Positions 1 through 12,027 of a stretch of 53,975 bases of DNA are shown in pieces. Position 1 is the stretch's first letter; each line of letters begins with the position of its first letter. The notes beneath the pieces are model-generated. The model saw only the letters and a list, made by a program, of their open reading frames with translations. It ran no database searches and was not told the origin of the DNA. Location: assembly GCA_020536535.1 (NCBI GenBank), contig JAHLWZ010000057.1, positions 1-53,975 of the forward strand, read 5' to 3'. The DNA is from Pelomyxa schiedti (Eukaryota; Protista; Evosea). The translations under genes were made by a program, and so were the position numbers.

Positions 1-859
1 AGCCAACCCCAAAATCATTTGCCCCGCGAGGCGGGGGTGGAGGTGGGGGACGTGGAGCCATACAGTTCTCTGAAGAAGTTGACTCCACACTAACACAAGT
101 TCGGGATGATACAAGTGACACTGATTGGTTTGTGGGGAACTCCCATCAGTAATTTTTAACATCTTTTTAGGATGGTGGTGGGATACGGATCTTCCAAAAC
201 CCAAATCGAGCTTTATGGATCTGGCTCCGGTAAACTAATTTCACTGGTATCTCTTGTTGCTAAATCACCCTCCAGGTGGATTTGATGAATTCATTGAGTG
301 TATATCCTCACATAGTGAGGATGTTATCTATGGCTACTTGCGGTTGACTCATCATAAGCAGCAACGAACCAAATTCGTGCGAATAACACACATGCCCGAT
401 ACCCTTACTGGCTTTGTTCGGGCTAAAGCAAATACTGATAAACCAGTGATAGAAGGCCTCTTTGGTGTAAGTCCATCCTCTCAACTTGAGTACGGGACTT
501 ACTGGTTGAAGAGTGCATGCCATGCATTCTGGAACATCAGTAGAGCCTCGGAAGTGACACTCGAAGCTATAGAAGGTAAAGTATGGAATTACGATTTAGC
601 AAATAAGCAGCAGGTATCTCTTGGCTCTCTTTTGTCCAGAACTAAGTTCCTGTGTATAGAAACAAAATGCCAAGCACCCACCTAAGCCAGCCGAGGCAGA
701 ACGTCCCGCAGCGAAACCTGCACCACCCGCCAAACCAGTAGCCACAAAAGCAAAAGCAGCACAACCACCACCCCCTCCCCCAGAGGACGAGGAAATTCCC
801 CCACCAATAGATGAGGAGGTTCCGGTATGACTGCGTTCTCTTTCAATTTCAGACCACTA
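1..859 (+). repeat. Near-identical second copy of 8793-9660 (ADF-H-encoding exons of the SAM/ADF-H/Costars gene)
   Basis: Matches 8793-9660 apart from scattered substitutions and a small intronic indel; ends at an N gap. Likely an alternate haplotype or assembly duplicate. Confidence 0.9.
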
Positions 860-959
860 NNNNNNNNNNNNNNNNNNNNNNNNNNNNNNNNNNNNNNNNN
901 NNNNNNNNNNNNNNNNNNNNNNNNNNNNNNNNNNNNNNNNNNNNNNNNNNNNNNNNNNN

Positions 960-1206
<247 letters not shown>

Positions 1207-1256
1207 TTGATACTCTGTTGCGTGTCACTTAGCCTTCCGTTTCTCATAAGCGAAAA

Positions 1257-1520
1257 GAAAAAAGGATTTGCTTTTTCGTGCAGTGCACTTCGTTACTCCT
1301 TGTGAGGGTGACATCACTTCGGTGATGTTCATCAGAACACTCCTCTCAAGGGTGATGATGCCCTCGGCAGTCATCACAATTTGATCTGGGAGTTCTTAGC
1401 AGAATGTTACCTGCCAGGTAGGCACCATCAACGGAATGTCCTGTTGAATGCCAAAGCACATAACAGGCCTGAAGTTTGTCGATAAATGGAAGTGTTACAA
1501 GTCCCCCAATGTTGGGGGTT
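1257..1520 (+). ncRNA. Candidate structured non-coding RNA (U11/Sm-class snRNA-like layout)
   Basis: At least five hand-foldable hairpins in a non-coding gap, including a c(UUCG)g tetraloop; 5' AAAAAGGAT; Sm-like AATTTG at 1378. Not confirmed by a covariance-model search. Confidence 0.3.
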
Positions 1521-1615
1521 GTTGAGTCCACGTACCAAAACGACAACAAACGTCTGCCGTTTCTGGTGTGCATTTAAATGCCTGCTCCTAATCTTTGGAA
1601 AACAAAGAAGCACAC

Positions 1616-3048
1616 ATGAAGGCAGTTTTTGTTCTCGTTCTGTTGGCAACAGTTGTTCTTGCCGACCAGCAATTTGATCGCTTCCTGTCAAAGTAACACA
1701 CTCTCTTCCCTCCTCCTTTTTTTGCTTTACACAACTGTCATGGAACAAGTTCAACAACGATGGAAGAGTTAACAACAAAAAAGGTATGGGAAGCACTACG
1801 AGGGTGCCGAGTATATGCACAGGCTCAAGGTTTACAAGTCAAACATGCGCAAGGCTGCTCAGCTCAATCAGGTCAACAACGTGCATGGTGAGACGCAGTT
1901 CTCTGACATCACTGATGAGGAGTGAGTGTTTCCCTTCTATGTTATTTATTTAGATGCTGAGAGCTTGGGTTATTTTTTGTTTGTTACAATTCAACATATC
2001 TTATATGGTTACCGTATAATAAAGGTATTTAGGTTCAGGAGCCAATACTTGATGCCAGCAGCTGATGCAACGTACCTCGCCGAGTCATGCCTCATCATGG
2101 CTGACTTTCTTCCCACCCCTGCGCAAGGCCGTCGCACAGCAGCCCCAGATTCATTGGACTGGAGCACAAAACCCAACGTTGTCACAGTTGTCAAGAACCA
2201 AGGCCCTTGCGGAGGGTGCTGGGCCTTCTCCACTGCTGAGGCAATTGAGGGCCAAATTGGTCAACAGGCCGATTTTGCTGGCTGGGGCACTGACTCTCTT
2301 TCAGAGGCATACATTATTGGCTGCAGCGTTGGGTGTACGTCTGAAATAGCTCTCAGCGGGGAGAATATCACGGTGTGCAACTCTGGATGCAATGGTGGGT
2401 GGCCGTGGACTGCATTTGATGGTATGCCTTCGTTCAATCCTCTGTGCTTCCGCAAAGCTTATTTCATTTAGACCTTTCCGATGCGAAATCGCCCACTCAC
2501 ATTGTGAATGGTATTCCACTGGAAAGCGAGTACCCATACTCGACCGACGATCTGTTGAATACTTCATGCCCCACAAAGGCATTCAGCACAACATATTCAA
2601 TCAGCGGCTATGCGTGTGTCACTCAGAACACTGACACCAAGCCTTATGATGAGACCGCACTCCTTGATGTCCTTGCTAACGTTGGTCCGCTTTCAATCGC
2701 TCTCAATGCCAATTACTTCAGCGTGTGTCTGCCTCTCTGTTCATTCTCAGTTAGAACTTACGCAATAAACAGAGCTATACCGGAGGAATCTTGTCTGATC
2801 CCGGGTGCAAGGGACGCATGCTGAATCATGTTGTACTTCTTGTTGGTTATGGGACTGATGCAGGCACACCATACTGGAAAGTAAAGAACAGCTGGGGTGA
2901 TCGTTGGGGTGAGGATGGTTACATTGTATGTGTCATAGTGATTCATTCTCACAATAATATTAACCACTAACATCCCAACACACAGCGCATACTGCGGGGC
3001 TCCGACATGTGTGGAATTGCTGAAGCAATCTCTTACCCCATCTTGTAA
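1616..3048 (+). CDS. Papain-family (C1A, cathepsin L/F-like) cysteine protease precursor, multi-exon
   Basis: Signal peptide [16 protein letters not shown]; I29 prodomain (..[30 protein letters not shown]); [31 protein letters not shown]; GT-AG introns; stop at 3046-3048. Confidence 0.93.
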
Positions 3049-3107
3049 TACTTAATCACGAAGTATTAATCTTCCGGAAAACAACAACAAAAAGTTGGCT
3101 AATAGTG

Positions 3108-4602
3108 TTATGGACATAGGAATTGAGCGGCAATACAAACGTGGTCAGAGGGGTAGTATTTGTTTGGGAGGAAACCCTCCAGTTGGGGATCAGTGATGGT
3201 GACAGGTTCCAGCAGGGCCTTGAGCCGCAGAGTGTCTGGTGTGTACCAGATGTAGTCTAAGCAGCCTGGATAGTGAGGAGATTGTTAGGGAGGGAAGTGG
3301 TGGTTGAAGTTCTTGTTCTTTCATTATTGTTCATAGTTTTAGGGAATGAAGTGTACCGCAAAAACCGGGGGTAATGTTAGTGTGTGGTTCTCCAAGGCAC
3401 TCATATACACTAGAAATATCAACGCTGTTCGACGTAGATTAGATTTGAGGAGAATTGTTGATGTGGTTTCAACTTGTGCGTTAACTCAGCCAGGATTTCT
3501 TTGTAAGAGTATTTATGCAAGTCTGCTGGCCTTGGGGGGAGGCATTTGGAATGCAATAAGTGATATACAGAGGAGCCAGGTGTGCTATTTAAGTCTCCGC
3601 CAAATACAATCTTATTCACGTTGTTCGTTGCACAGAATTCTTGGACTTTTGTCATAAGAAGATGTGCTTGTAGCACCTTGACTGAACCGATGGTGAGTAG
3701 TGAAATGGAAATTGACAAAAGGGAATTACTATCGGTGAGATGTGGGTTCCATTGTAAGTGCGCACAAATAACTAACACATTGGACCTGGCCGCATTATCT
3801 TTAAGAAGGAGCAATAAGGCGACGTTGCCGGTCATTGTGCGGTATGCGATTCTCAAGGTTTTCACGATGGGCAAATCGGAAAGGCTGTTAAAAGAAACAG
3901 TTTCCTCTTTCACCGCTGTATATCTGATAATTAGATTACCTAAATTATCTCACTTTCGCCACACGGCAATACCTTTCCCGTTTGAAGAAAATGGCACAAC
4001 CATCAGCAGAGACCGGCCTTTGAGCAAATGCCGCATCGTAGTCTGCCAGTTCAGCCTTCATGTCAAGGATGCGGTCCATTTCCTACAACTATGTTTCTCG
4101 AACGCACACAAACCTCAAAAAGTTCTACAAGAAATACCTGAAGTGAAAATATATCTGGATTGTAAGCTCTTATTTCGTGCAGAATTTGGGGCATCCTGTA
4201 CCTCCAATTTAAATAGGCAGAATTACAATGGTACTGCTTCCTTGAATTTCTATCAGCAAGAACCTATATGAATGAAATACCAAAAGTTCAGAGAAAAGCC
4301 AACAGTGGCCACTTCATATTTATGATCCCATAATATACATTGTATGTCATGAATGTGAAGTACGTCATCGGGGTTTCTGTTGGTTCCGATGACGCGGCAT
4401 TCTCAAGGAGGCTCTTGGCAGGTCCATCACAAACACAAGTGTCGGTTGAGGTCGATGTTACCGTTGTGGATTGTGATTGTGGGATGGGAGAAGGACTGGA
4501 CAGTGTCAAGGGGGGCGCTGATGGCGATGATGGGACGACGCGCCACCCACGCTCACGGCACAACGTGTTGTCCGTTTGTCGGACTTTACTGGAAACCAAC
4601 AT
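3108..4602 (-). CDS. CCR4/nocturnin/angel-like endonuclease-exonuclease-phosphatase (deadenylase family); 5' end unresolved
   Basis: FTFMTYNV, CAHLQWNP, FGGDLNSTP, CLDYIWY and LPSDHVCIAAQF motifs across spliced exons; stop at 3108-3110. Confidence 0.85.
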
Positions 4603-4802
4603 TTTTGGGTGTCACAGCGAAACCGATTCAAGAACCTACGGTAGGTTGAAAAAACAAGATTCTCACAGGCTCTACCCCTGCTTTATGGTCAAAGTCTGGC
4701 TTCGTGCTTGGACATCAGCAACTGACGTGTTTTCGTGCAAGTCCGTGATTGCAGATTTCGCGAACCGGTCTGAAAGAATAAAGAAACCGGTTGGGGAGTC
4801 GC

Positions 4803-5144
4803 CAGGCCATCAAAAATTGATGACGAGCACAACGGGGGGAGGGACAGGGGGCGGCGATGTGACGTCATATGGCGGTGACATCAAACTTGCAACTGACCGG
4901 ATCGCAAATTGGATCCGAAAGGTNNNNNNNNNNNNNNNNNNNNNNNNNNNNNNNNNNNNNNNNNNNNNNNNNNNNNNNNNNNNNNNNNNNNNNNNNNNNN
5001 NNNNNNNNNNNNNNNNNNNNNNNCAGGCCATCAAAAATTGATGACGAGCACAACGGGGGGAGGGACAGGGGGCGGCGATGTGACGTCATATGGCGGTGAC
5101 ATCAAACTTGCAACTGACCGGATCGCAAATTGGATCCGAAAGGT
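4803..5144 (+). repeat. 121-bp sequence duplicated on both sides of an N gap (4803-4923 = 5024-5144)
   Basis: Exact direct repeat flanking 100 N; typical unmerged contig overlap. Confidence 0.9.
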
Positions 5145-8100
5145 TCGTAGTTGTTAGTGTACTAGTTTACTGTTTGTACCCGGTAATCACAACTATCCAC
5201 GAATGTGTAGAACTCTGCGGCTGTGATGTCAATTGAGGGACTGAGGGCTGATGTGGACAGAATAGGGGCAAAGGTACTTGCAAGTGAGGGCGTAACTTCA
5301 GGCCACAGGGACCAGGTAGTTCAGTTACAAGCTACAATGCAGTCTTGCTCTAGAGATTGGAAGGCTACTAGAGATGATTTAGCCTCTGTGAGGTATCTTA
5401 TTTTCACTTTGTCTCATGATATTTAACAACCGAAAAGGAATGAACTTCAACTATTGCAGAGAGTGGATGTTGGTAGAATTGTTGAGGAAAAAGTTCTGCA
5501 TGAAAGGTTTTTTTCCTTGATAATTTAGAGCTGCCAACAGCAAATATTGTCAAAAAGGGAAGAGATTATGAAAGAAGTCAAGGCCCTATTGCATGCTGAT
5601 AAACTTGAGGTCAAGCGAGCACGACTAGAGGAATCAAAAACAATGTGGGACGAAATTAATCTCAAAATATCAAGTGAGGTAAGTATCACAGTAAATTACG
5701 TCAAAGTAAACAAGACAAGGTTCTAGGACTATCACTTAAAATGAAACAAGATCGAGAAGAAGACATGCACGAAATTGATTCCAAACTTCAGGTAAGCCAT
5801 TCTTAAGCAAAAATTCTTCTGACAAAGTGAGAAAGGCATTGGCATACAAACTGACCAATCACCATCAAACGGAATTCAAAGCAATGGAAGAGAGCTTCAC
5901 AAAACTGAAGGACTTCATTTCAAAAGCCCGAGAAACTGATACCACAACCGTAAGTAAGGCCTGAAGTCCAATTTAATTCATTTGGCATTAGATTTTAGAC
6001 TCTGTATTCGCACATGTGTCAACCATGCAGACTGATATTATGAGTACTATTTCTGCAGATCATAATACTCTCTCAAAGGATTTGGAGCAGGTGGTTACAT
6101 GACTTAAGATGATTTAGTTGACCCAATCTAGATTCGATTTGAATGCAATAAGCAAGTTTCCACTGAATCACTCAAACTTTTGCATACCATTCAAACTCTA
6201 CTCGATCAATCCACCAGTCAGGTAGTTTTGTGTACTTTATCCAACAGAATTTCATCAATTGGTAGATGCAAGACAATTTCTCGAAGAAAGTTCAGGAATT
6301 ACGCAGTGACACTATATCGATTCACCAGGATATTTCATCGTTGAGTCCAATCACCCTCCCTTTCCCCTCTCACCGAATATCAAGGATTCAATCCAAGCTT
6401 GTTGAACAAGAAACCGAGATGCAAAACTTGAATGAAACAAATAGACAGTGGGTTTCGCACCAATTAGAGCATCTTACCGATGCTGTCTCTGTTGCTGGAG
6501 AGCTGCTGGTAGGATACCCGAAAGAGAAAACGCATCAAGGTTTTTAGTTTCAGGGATGGAACTGAAATAAATGCCTGTAGAAATTCAGGAATGGTTATCA
6601 TCAATTGGCTTCGCCAAATACTCTGATAAATTCTTGCAAAACGGGTTTACATCGTTGCAGGTCTTTCCTCCTCAGTTACCGGTAACTTTAACTTTGAAAA
6701 TAGTCTGTAAAAGAAATTACCGATACAGATCTGATTAACATTGGTATCAGTCTTGTGGGTCATAGGTTACTTCTTCTGTGAAGTTTGAAAACAAATCCAA
6801 TAAACTCTAGGAAAGCGATTCTATCCTCGCTTGGCACCCTTTTAACACCAGGTATAAGCTTTTCCAATCCATTATTTCTCAAAAAAAAAAAAGAGGATAC
6901 CAATATGAGACAGCTCCAGTATGCCTTGTCTATTCTATATATTGTAATTAATTATGATGTTTTAGAGAAAGGGAACAACAACAAAGAGATAGAGAATTAC
7001 AACGCAAACGTATTCTCGATGAGCACCACGCAGCTTTGGTCAAGGTAGGCTTATTCCGGAGCTTGCGCTCACTAACTTTGGACTCGAGTTTGACCAACAA
7101 CAACGAGATGAAGAAATGCGTTTGGAACAAGAAAGGATGACAAGAAAACAACTGCAAGCCCAACAACTGTGATTTTACTGTCTTGGTTTGTTTTTGGATC
7201 CAACCTGTTTGCAGGCAGGAAGAAACTCGCCTTCGCTTAGAATTAGAGGAAGAAGAAAAGGCCCACAAGTTGCTCGAGGAGCAAAGAGCAAAAGCCAGAG
7301 AAGCACAAAAAAAGCAACTAGAACAAGAAAAGATTCAGAGAGAAAGGTTTGGTTTATTTGTTAATTGGGGCGAATATTCCCTTACAATCCCTTAGAACAA
7401 GAAAGGAAGAAATTAGACAACAAGTCATTAGTGATCCCTCTGTGAAAGAGCTCATCAGTCTCTCCCTTTCCCTGGACTCCACACCTATCATAACACCTGT
7501 TGTAACCAGAAAACCTGAAAGAAAACTGTCTGAAGACGTTTCCCCTGCAAAACCTAGGTATGAACTGTCAAACCGCTTTTATACTCACAAGACCTGCAGT
7601 TCAGGCACCAGCACTCCAACCTCTGATACACCCAGTTCCTCCATACGCACCCAACCCCAACCTTCAAACAATCTCGACGATATTCATAGTCGGCAGCAGA
7701 ACCTAGACGATTCTTACGCACGGGAAATGGCAGAAATCGAGCAGCAGCAACGGTCTATTCGTGAGGCTGCTCGAGCTCGTGAAAAAGAAAGAGAGCAGCA
7801 GCGCATCCAAATGGAGAAAGAAAACCAAGAAAAAGAAGCAAGATTCAAGCAAGAGCGAGAGAGGGAGAGAGAACGGGAAAGGCAGGAACGTGACGTCAAA
7901 GAAAGAGAAAGGTTGCAACAGCAGCAGCAGAAGCAACAACAAGACTTGAAGGAAAGAGAACAGGCATTGGCGCGTGCTAAGGAAGAACTTGAACGCAAAA
8001 GAGCTGAGCAAGAGAGGAGAATTCGAGAAAGAGAGCAACTCCAAAAACAGCACCAGATGCAACTCCTCCAGCAACAACAGCAGCAAGCGAGGAATGCCCA

Positions 8101-10319
8101 GGTTGCTGCCCAAGCAGAAGCCCAGGCACAGGCAGCCAAGATAAAAGTGGAAGCGGAAGCTCAGGCAGCAGCCAAACTTCGTGTAGAAGCTGAGGCTCAA
8201 GCAGCAGCAAAACTGAAGGCCGAAGCTGAAGCACAAGCAGCAATGAAATTGAAAGCAGAAGCGGAGGCTCAAGCAGCAGCAAAACTCAAGGCCGAAGCAG
8301 AAGCTGAGCAAGCAAAAAGCAAATCCCGACAGTTGCCACAACCACATCCCAAGAAACCAGCAACGGAAACTGCACCAGCAAAACCTTCTGCAGATACAGA
8401 AAATCCTGATACAGCTGGTTCCACTGAAAAGCTTCCTGAAGATGACAAAGCGAACGTTGAAGACACTGAACCTATAAAGGAAGAGGCGCCAAAGCCAAGG
8501 AAGCCTTTTGTCCAGTATGTTTCCCATATTAAATAACATTAATGTTTGTAGAAAAGAAGTTATACCTTCAAAGCCAACCCCAAAATCATTTGCCCCGCGA
8601 GGCGGGGGTGGAGGTGGGGGACGTGGAGCCATACAGTTCTCTGAAGAAGTTGACTCCACACTAACACAAGTTCGGGATGATACAAGTGACACNNNNNNNN
8701 NNNNNNNNNNNNNNNNNNNNNNNNNNNNNNNNNNNNNNNNNNNNNNNNNNNNNNNNNNNNNNNNNNNNNNNNNNNNNNNNNNNNNNNNNNNNAGCCAACC
8801 CCAAAATCATTTGCCCCGCGAGGCGGGGGTGGAGGTGGGGGACGTGGAGCCATACAGTTCTCTGAAGAAGTTGACTCCACACTAACACAAGTTCGGGATG
8901 ATACAAGTGACACAGATTGGTTTGTGGGGAACTCCCAACATTAATTTTTAACATCTTTTTAGGATGGTGGTGGGATACGGATCTTCCAAAACGCAAATCG
9001 AGCTTTATGGATCTGGATCCGGTAAACTAATTTCACTGGTATATCTTGTTGCTAAATCACCCTCCAGGTGGATTTGATGAATTCATTGAGTGCATATCCT
9101 CACATAGTGAGGATGTTATCTATGGCTACTTGCGGTTGACTCATCATAAGCAGCAACGAACCAAATTCGTACGAATAACACACATGCCCGATACCCTTAC
9201 TGGCTTTGTTCGGGCTAAAGCAAATACTGATAAACCAGTGATAGAAGGCCTCTTTGGTGTAAGTCCATCCTCTCCACTTGAGTACATTAATGAGGGACTT
9301 ACTGGTTGAAGAGTACATGCCATGCATTCTGGAATATCAGTAGAGCCTCGGAAGTGACACTCGAAGCTATAGAAGGTAAAGTATGGAATTACGATTTAGC
9401 AAATAAGCAGCAGGTATCTCTTTGGCTCTCTTTTGTCCAAAACTCAGTTCCTGTGTATAGAAACAAAATGCCAAGCACCCACCTAAGCCAGCCGAGGCAG
9501 AACGTCCTGCAGCGAAACCTGCACCACCCGCCAAACCAATAGCCACAAAAGCAAAAGCAGCACAACCACCACCCCCTCCCCCAGAGGACGAGGAAATTCC
9601 CCCACCAATAGATGAGGAGGTTCCGGTATGACTGCGTTCTCTTTCAATTTCAGACCACTACTCACCCTTCCTTCCAGCCAAAACCGGTCAAACAAGAGGC
9701 TCCCGCCAATCCCGCTCCGGCTAAGAAGGCACCCGCCCGCATGAATAAAAGCGGTGAACCCACAACAACTACAACCACGACAACTTCATACAGCACACCA
9801 GCACCGGCACCGGTTCAACCTATGACAGCCGCCTCCATTATGGGCGGCGACTTATGGGAAGACACACCACTCTTTGAGCCGGTTGTAGCCAAACCAACTC
9901 CAACAAAACCAACAGCAAAAGCTTCCACAGCACAGTCACAACCGCGAAAGGACACACCCACTCCCGCATCAACGTCTGCAACAAAGAGGACTGAGATCAA
10001 GTAAAAAAACAACACAAAACACACAGTCCTAAATCTATATCCCTAACCAATATCATAGTTTAGAGGAAAAAGTTGCCAAGTTCAAGTCAGTGATAAGCAC
10101 CAACGGGGAGAAAGAGGCTGATAACACTGTAATTCTCTTTGGATCCCTATGTGAATCCCTCACCGGCGAATCCCGGGATGTTATTTCCACTGTTCTACGC
10201 ACAATGCGCCAAAAGGTACTTTTATACATTTTCTATCCATACTGAAAAACAAATAGAACATTGTGGACTATCCAACACCCCTTGAGGATGATTCCGTCAT
10301 AACTCTATTGTCATCTTAA
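5041..10319 (+). CDS. Large multi-exon protein: coiled coil + SAM domain + long E/Q/R/A-rich helix + coactosin-type ADF-H + Pro/Thr-rich linker + C-terminal Costars-like domain
   Basis: SAM: EWLSSIGFAKYSDKFLQNGF..ITDTDLINIGISLVGHRKAILSSL. ADF-H: DWFVVGY..LYGSGSGGFDEF..TKFVRITHMPDTLTGFVRAKANTDKPVIE. Costars-like: VILFGSLCE..VISTVLRTMRQKNIVDYP..DDSVITLLSS*. Spans one N gap. Confidence 0.75.
8572..8912 (+). repeat. ~120-bp sequence duplicated on both sides of an N gap (8572-8692 = 8793-8912)
   Basis: Exact direct repeat flanking 100 N. Confidence 0.9.
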
Positions 10320-10378
10320 AACTATCTTGAAAGAAAAAAAGAAAAGTATGCATAGGTATTCACAAATAACAGAAACTA

Positions 10379-11779
10379 CTACAATGAAGAGGAAGATGAT
10401 GTGTTTGTGTCAGTATTGTGACTGCGATTTGGTGTGAATAGTGTTATGGGTGGGAATATCTGTGATTGTTCACTGTTGGTTGGGCTGGTGCCTGTCTGTT
10501 CCTCCAGCATGGACGATTTGAATCCCTTATTTTGTTAGTAATTTGGAGGAATCAGTATGTCAGAGTACTCACAGAGGAGTGCGGTGTTGCGGAAGTAGCT
10601 CTTTGCAGGGAAAGTCCCGGTTTCGCTTCTATATCTTGTGACAGAATTTGCTTGAGAGCCTCCTTCTTCCGGTGCTGCTCGAGAATGACCCTCAGTTTTG
10701 TGGCCAGTACACTGCCGCCGCATCGTATTCCAAGAACTAGGTCATGTTGATTCTGCATGATTTCCGGGTGTCTCACCTTGTTTTGGTGTTAGCGGAAAAG
10801 AGGAAATGTATTCTTACAAGATAGTGGGTACACGGTTGCTGGGATGCCATTTTAGTGTATGTTTTCTCGAAGGCTTCAAGTTCAAGGAGATTGGAATAGA
10901 GTTCTTCCTGCACAGGGAATAAATTACTTACACAAAGAAGTGGATACATACGAACTGCACGGAATTGGTCAAGTCTCTAGCCTCATCCGATCTGACGTGA
11001 AAAGAACCTCAGTGAGTGACAGGATTATTACTGTTTGCATATTTTACCCTGTTGAGGCAGTAGCAGTTGCAGACGACTCCATACCAGGGGGAGAGGGACA
11101 ACTCACAGAAAATACAAAAGCACGCTCTTGCTTGAGAGTGTGGAAAATCTGGTGTTGTGGGGTTTTTTTTATTTCTGGATGAAGAGAAATACATGTAAAA
11201 AAAAAGTGTGGGGAGATTTCCAAACCTTGAAGGCATCTGCAATTCGGGCAGTTCGAATTTCCTCATACAAATTCACCAACTGTTGCCAAATGGCTGCAAT
11301 ATATTGTGTGCATTAAATGAGAGTGTATGTGGTGAAGAAAAATACGTAGGGAGAGGAAAATCTTGATCTTTGGGCTGTTTGGTTGGGTTTCAAACAGCAA
11401 AAAAAGGCCGTACATGATCCCTACTCTGATGGAAAAAGGTTGTTTCACAAACAGATGGCCTACGAAGAACACATAAAAAACCAAAAGAAAAGTGGAAAGG
11501 TGGAAACCAAACTCAAAAAAATGTGATAGAGGGTCTGATAGAAGTCGTGCAGAACCTGGTCCTTGAATGTTGCCATGTGTATTTGTGAAAACTGCAACTT
11601 TCTCCAAGCATCCCTAAATGCTCCAAAAGACACAACCCCCACCTAAGTTCATCAATGTCATTATATCTCTTTGCCACAAAGACAAAAACAAAAAACCCAC
11701 AACCTACATAGAGCACGAAAATTAAAAAAACGGACGCAACCAACCGAATGGTACTCTGACAACAACCGGTGCACGTCAT
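10379..11779 (-). CDS. Hypothetical multi-exon membrane protein
   Basis: Hydrophobic segments (RLVASVFLIFVLYVG; HLSTFLLVFYVFFVGHLF), a Cys-rich patch (CIFC..CNCYC), a spliceable exon chain and an S/T-rich tail; no family recognised. Confidence 0.5.
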
Positions 11780-12027
11780 TATTGTACGCCGATATAAGAT
11801 CCGTAGTCATGTGTTTTTGAACCTTAATTTTCTCTTTTCTTGATTTGTGATTGAGGCGAGACGAAGGAGCTTTCAGTCACCGAGACAGTCTCGCCCCTGT
11901 GGCACCGTAGAAGGAAACCAGCATGACCAAGGACCGAGTCAACACCACTGTCCAGTTGTACTTCCCTCATTGGCTGTGACGTGCAATTGCAGTCCCATAT
12001 TTGACATGTTTCCCACTGGTAGATGCA

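Noticed and set aside
1311-1340. Hammerhead ribozyme on the minus strand (CTGATGA followed by a hairpin)
   Set aside because: The required GAAA after stem II is absent (CACCC follows), and no stem III/NUH arrangement is present.
1332-1377. Box C/D snoRNA on the minus strand (GTGATGA...CTGA)
   Set aside because: Only ~46 nt from box C to box D, no terminal stem, and box C is sequestered in a strong hairpin.
1403-1445. U1 snRNA (TTACCTG) or RNase MRP/P (GGAATGTCC)
   Set aside because: No U1-70K or U1A loop motifs downstream, and no matching CR-V or convincing P4 partner.
1346-1573. 75-aa minus-strand ORF between the proteases
   Set aside because: No recognisable motif; overlaps the structured region; likely incidental.
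7703-8692. Long antisense ORFs opposite low-complexity exons (also 26427-26846, 26856-27380, 3582-4271, 13811-14482)
   Set aside because: Shadow frames of repetitive or GC-rich coding sequence on the other strand.
10700-10760. Phosphoribosyltransferase-like motif DLVLGIRCGGSVLATKL
   Set aside because: No PRPP-binding VDD..TGxT loop follows; the context is a membrane protein with a low-complexity tail.
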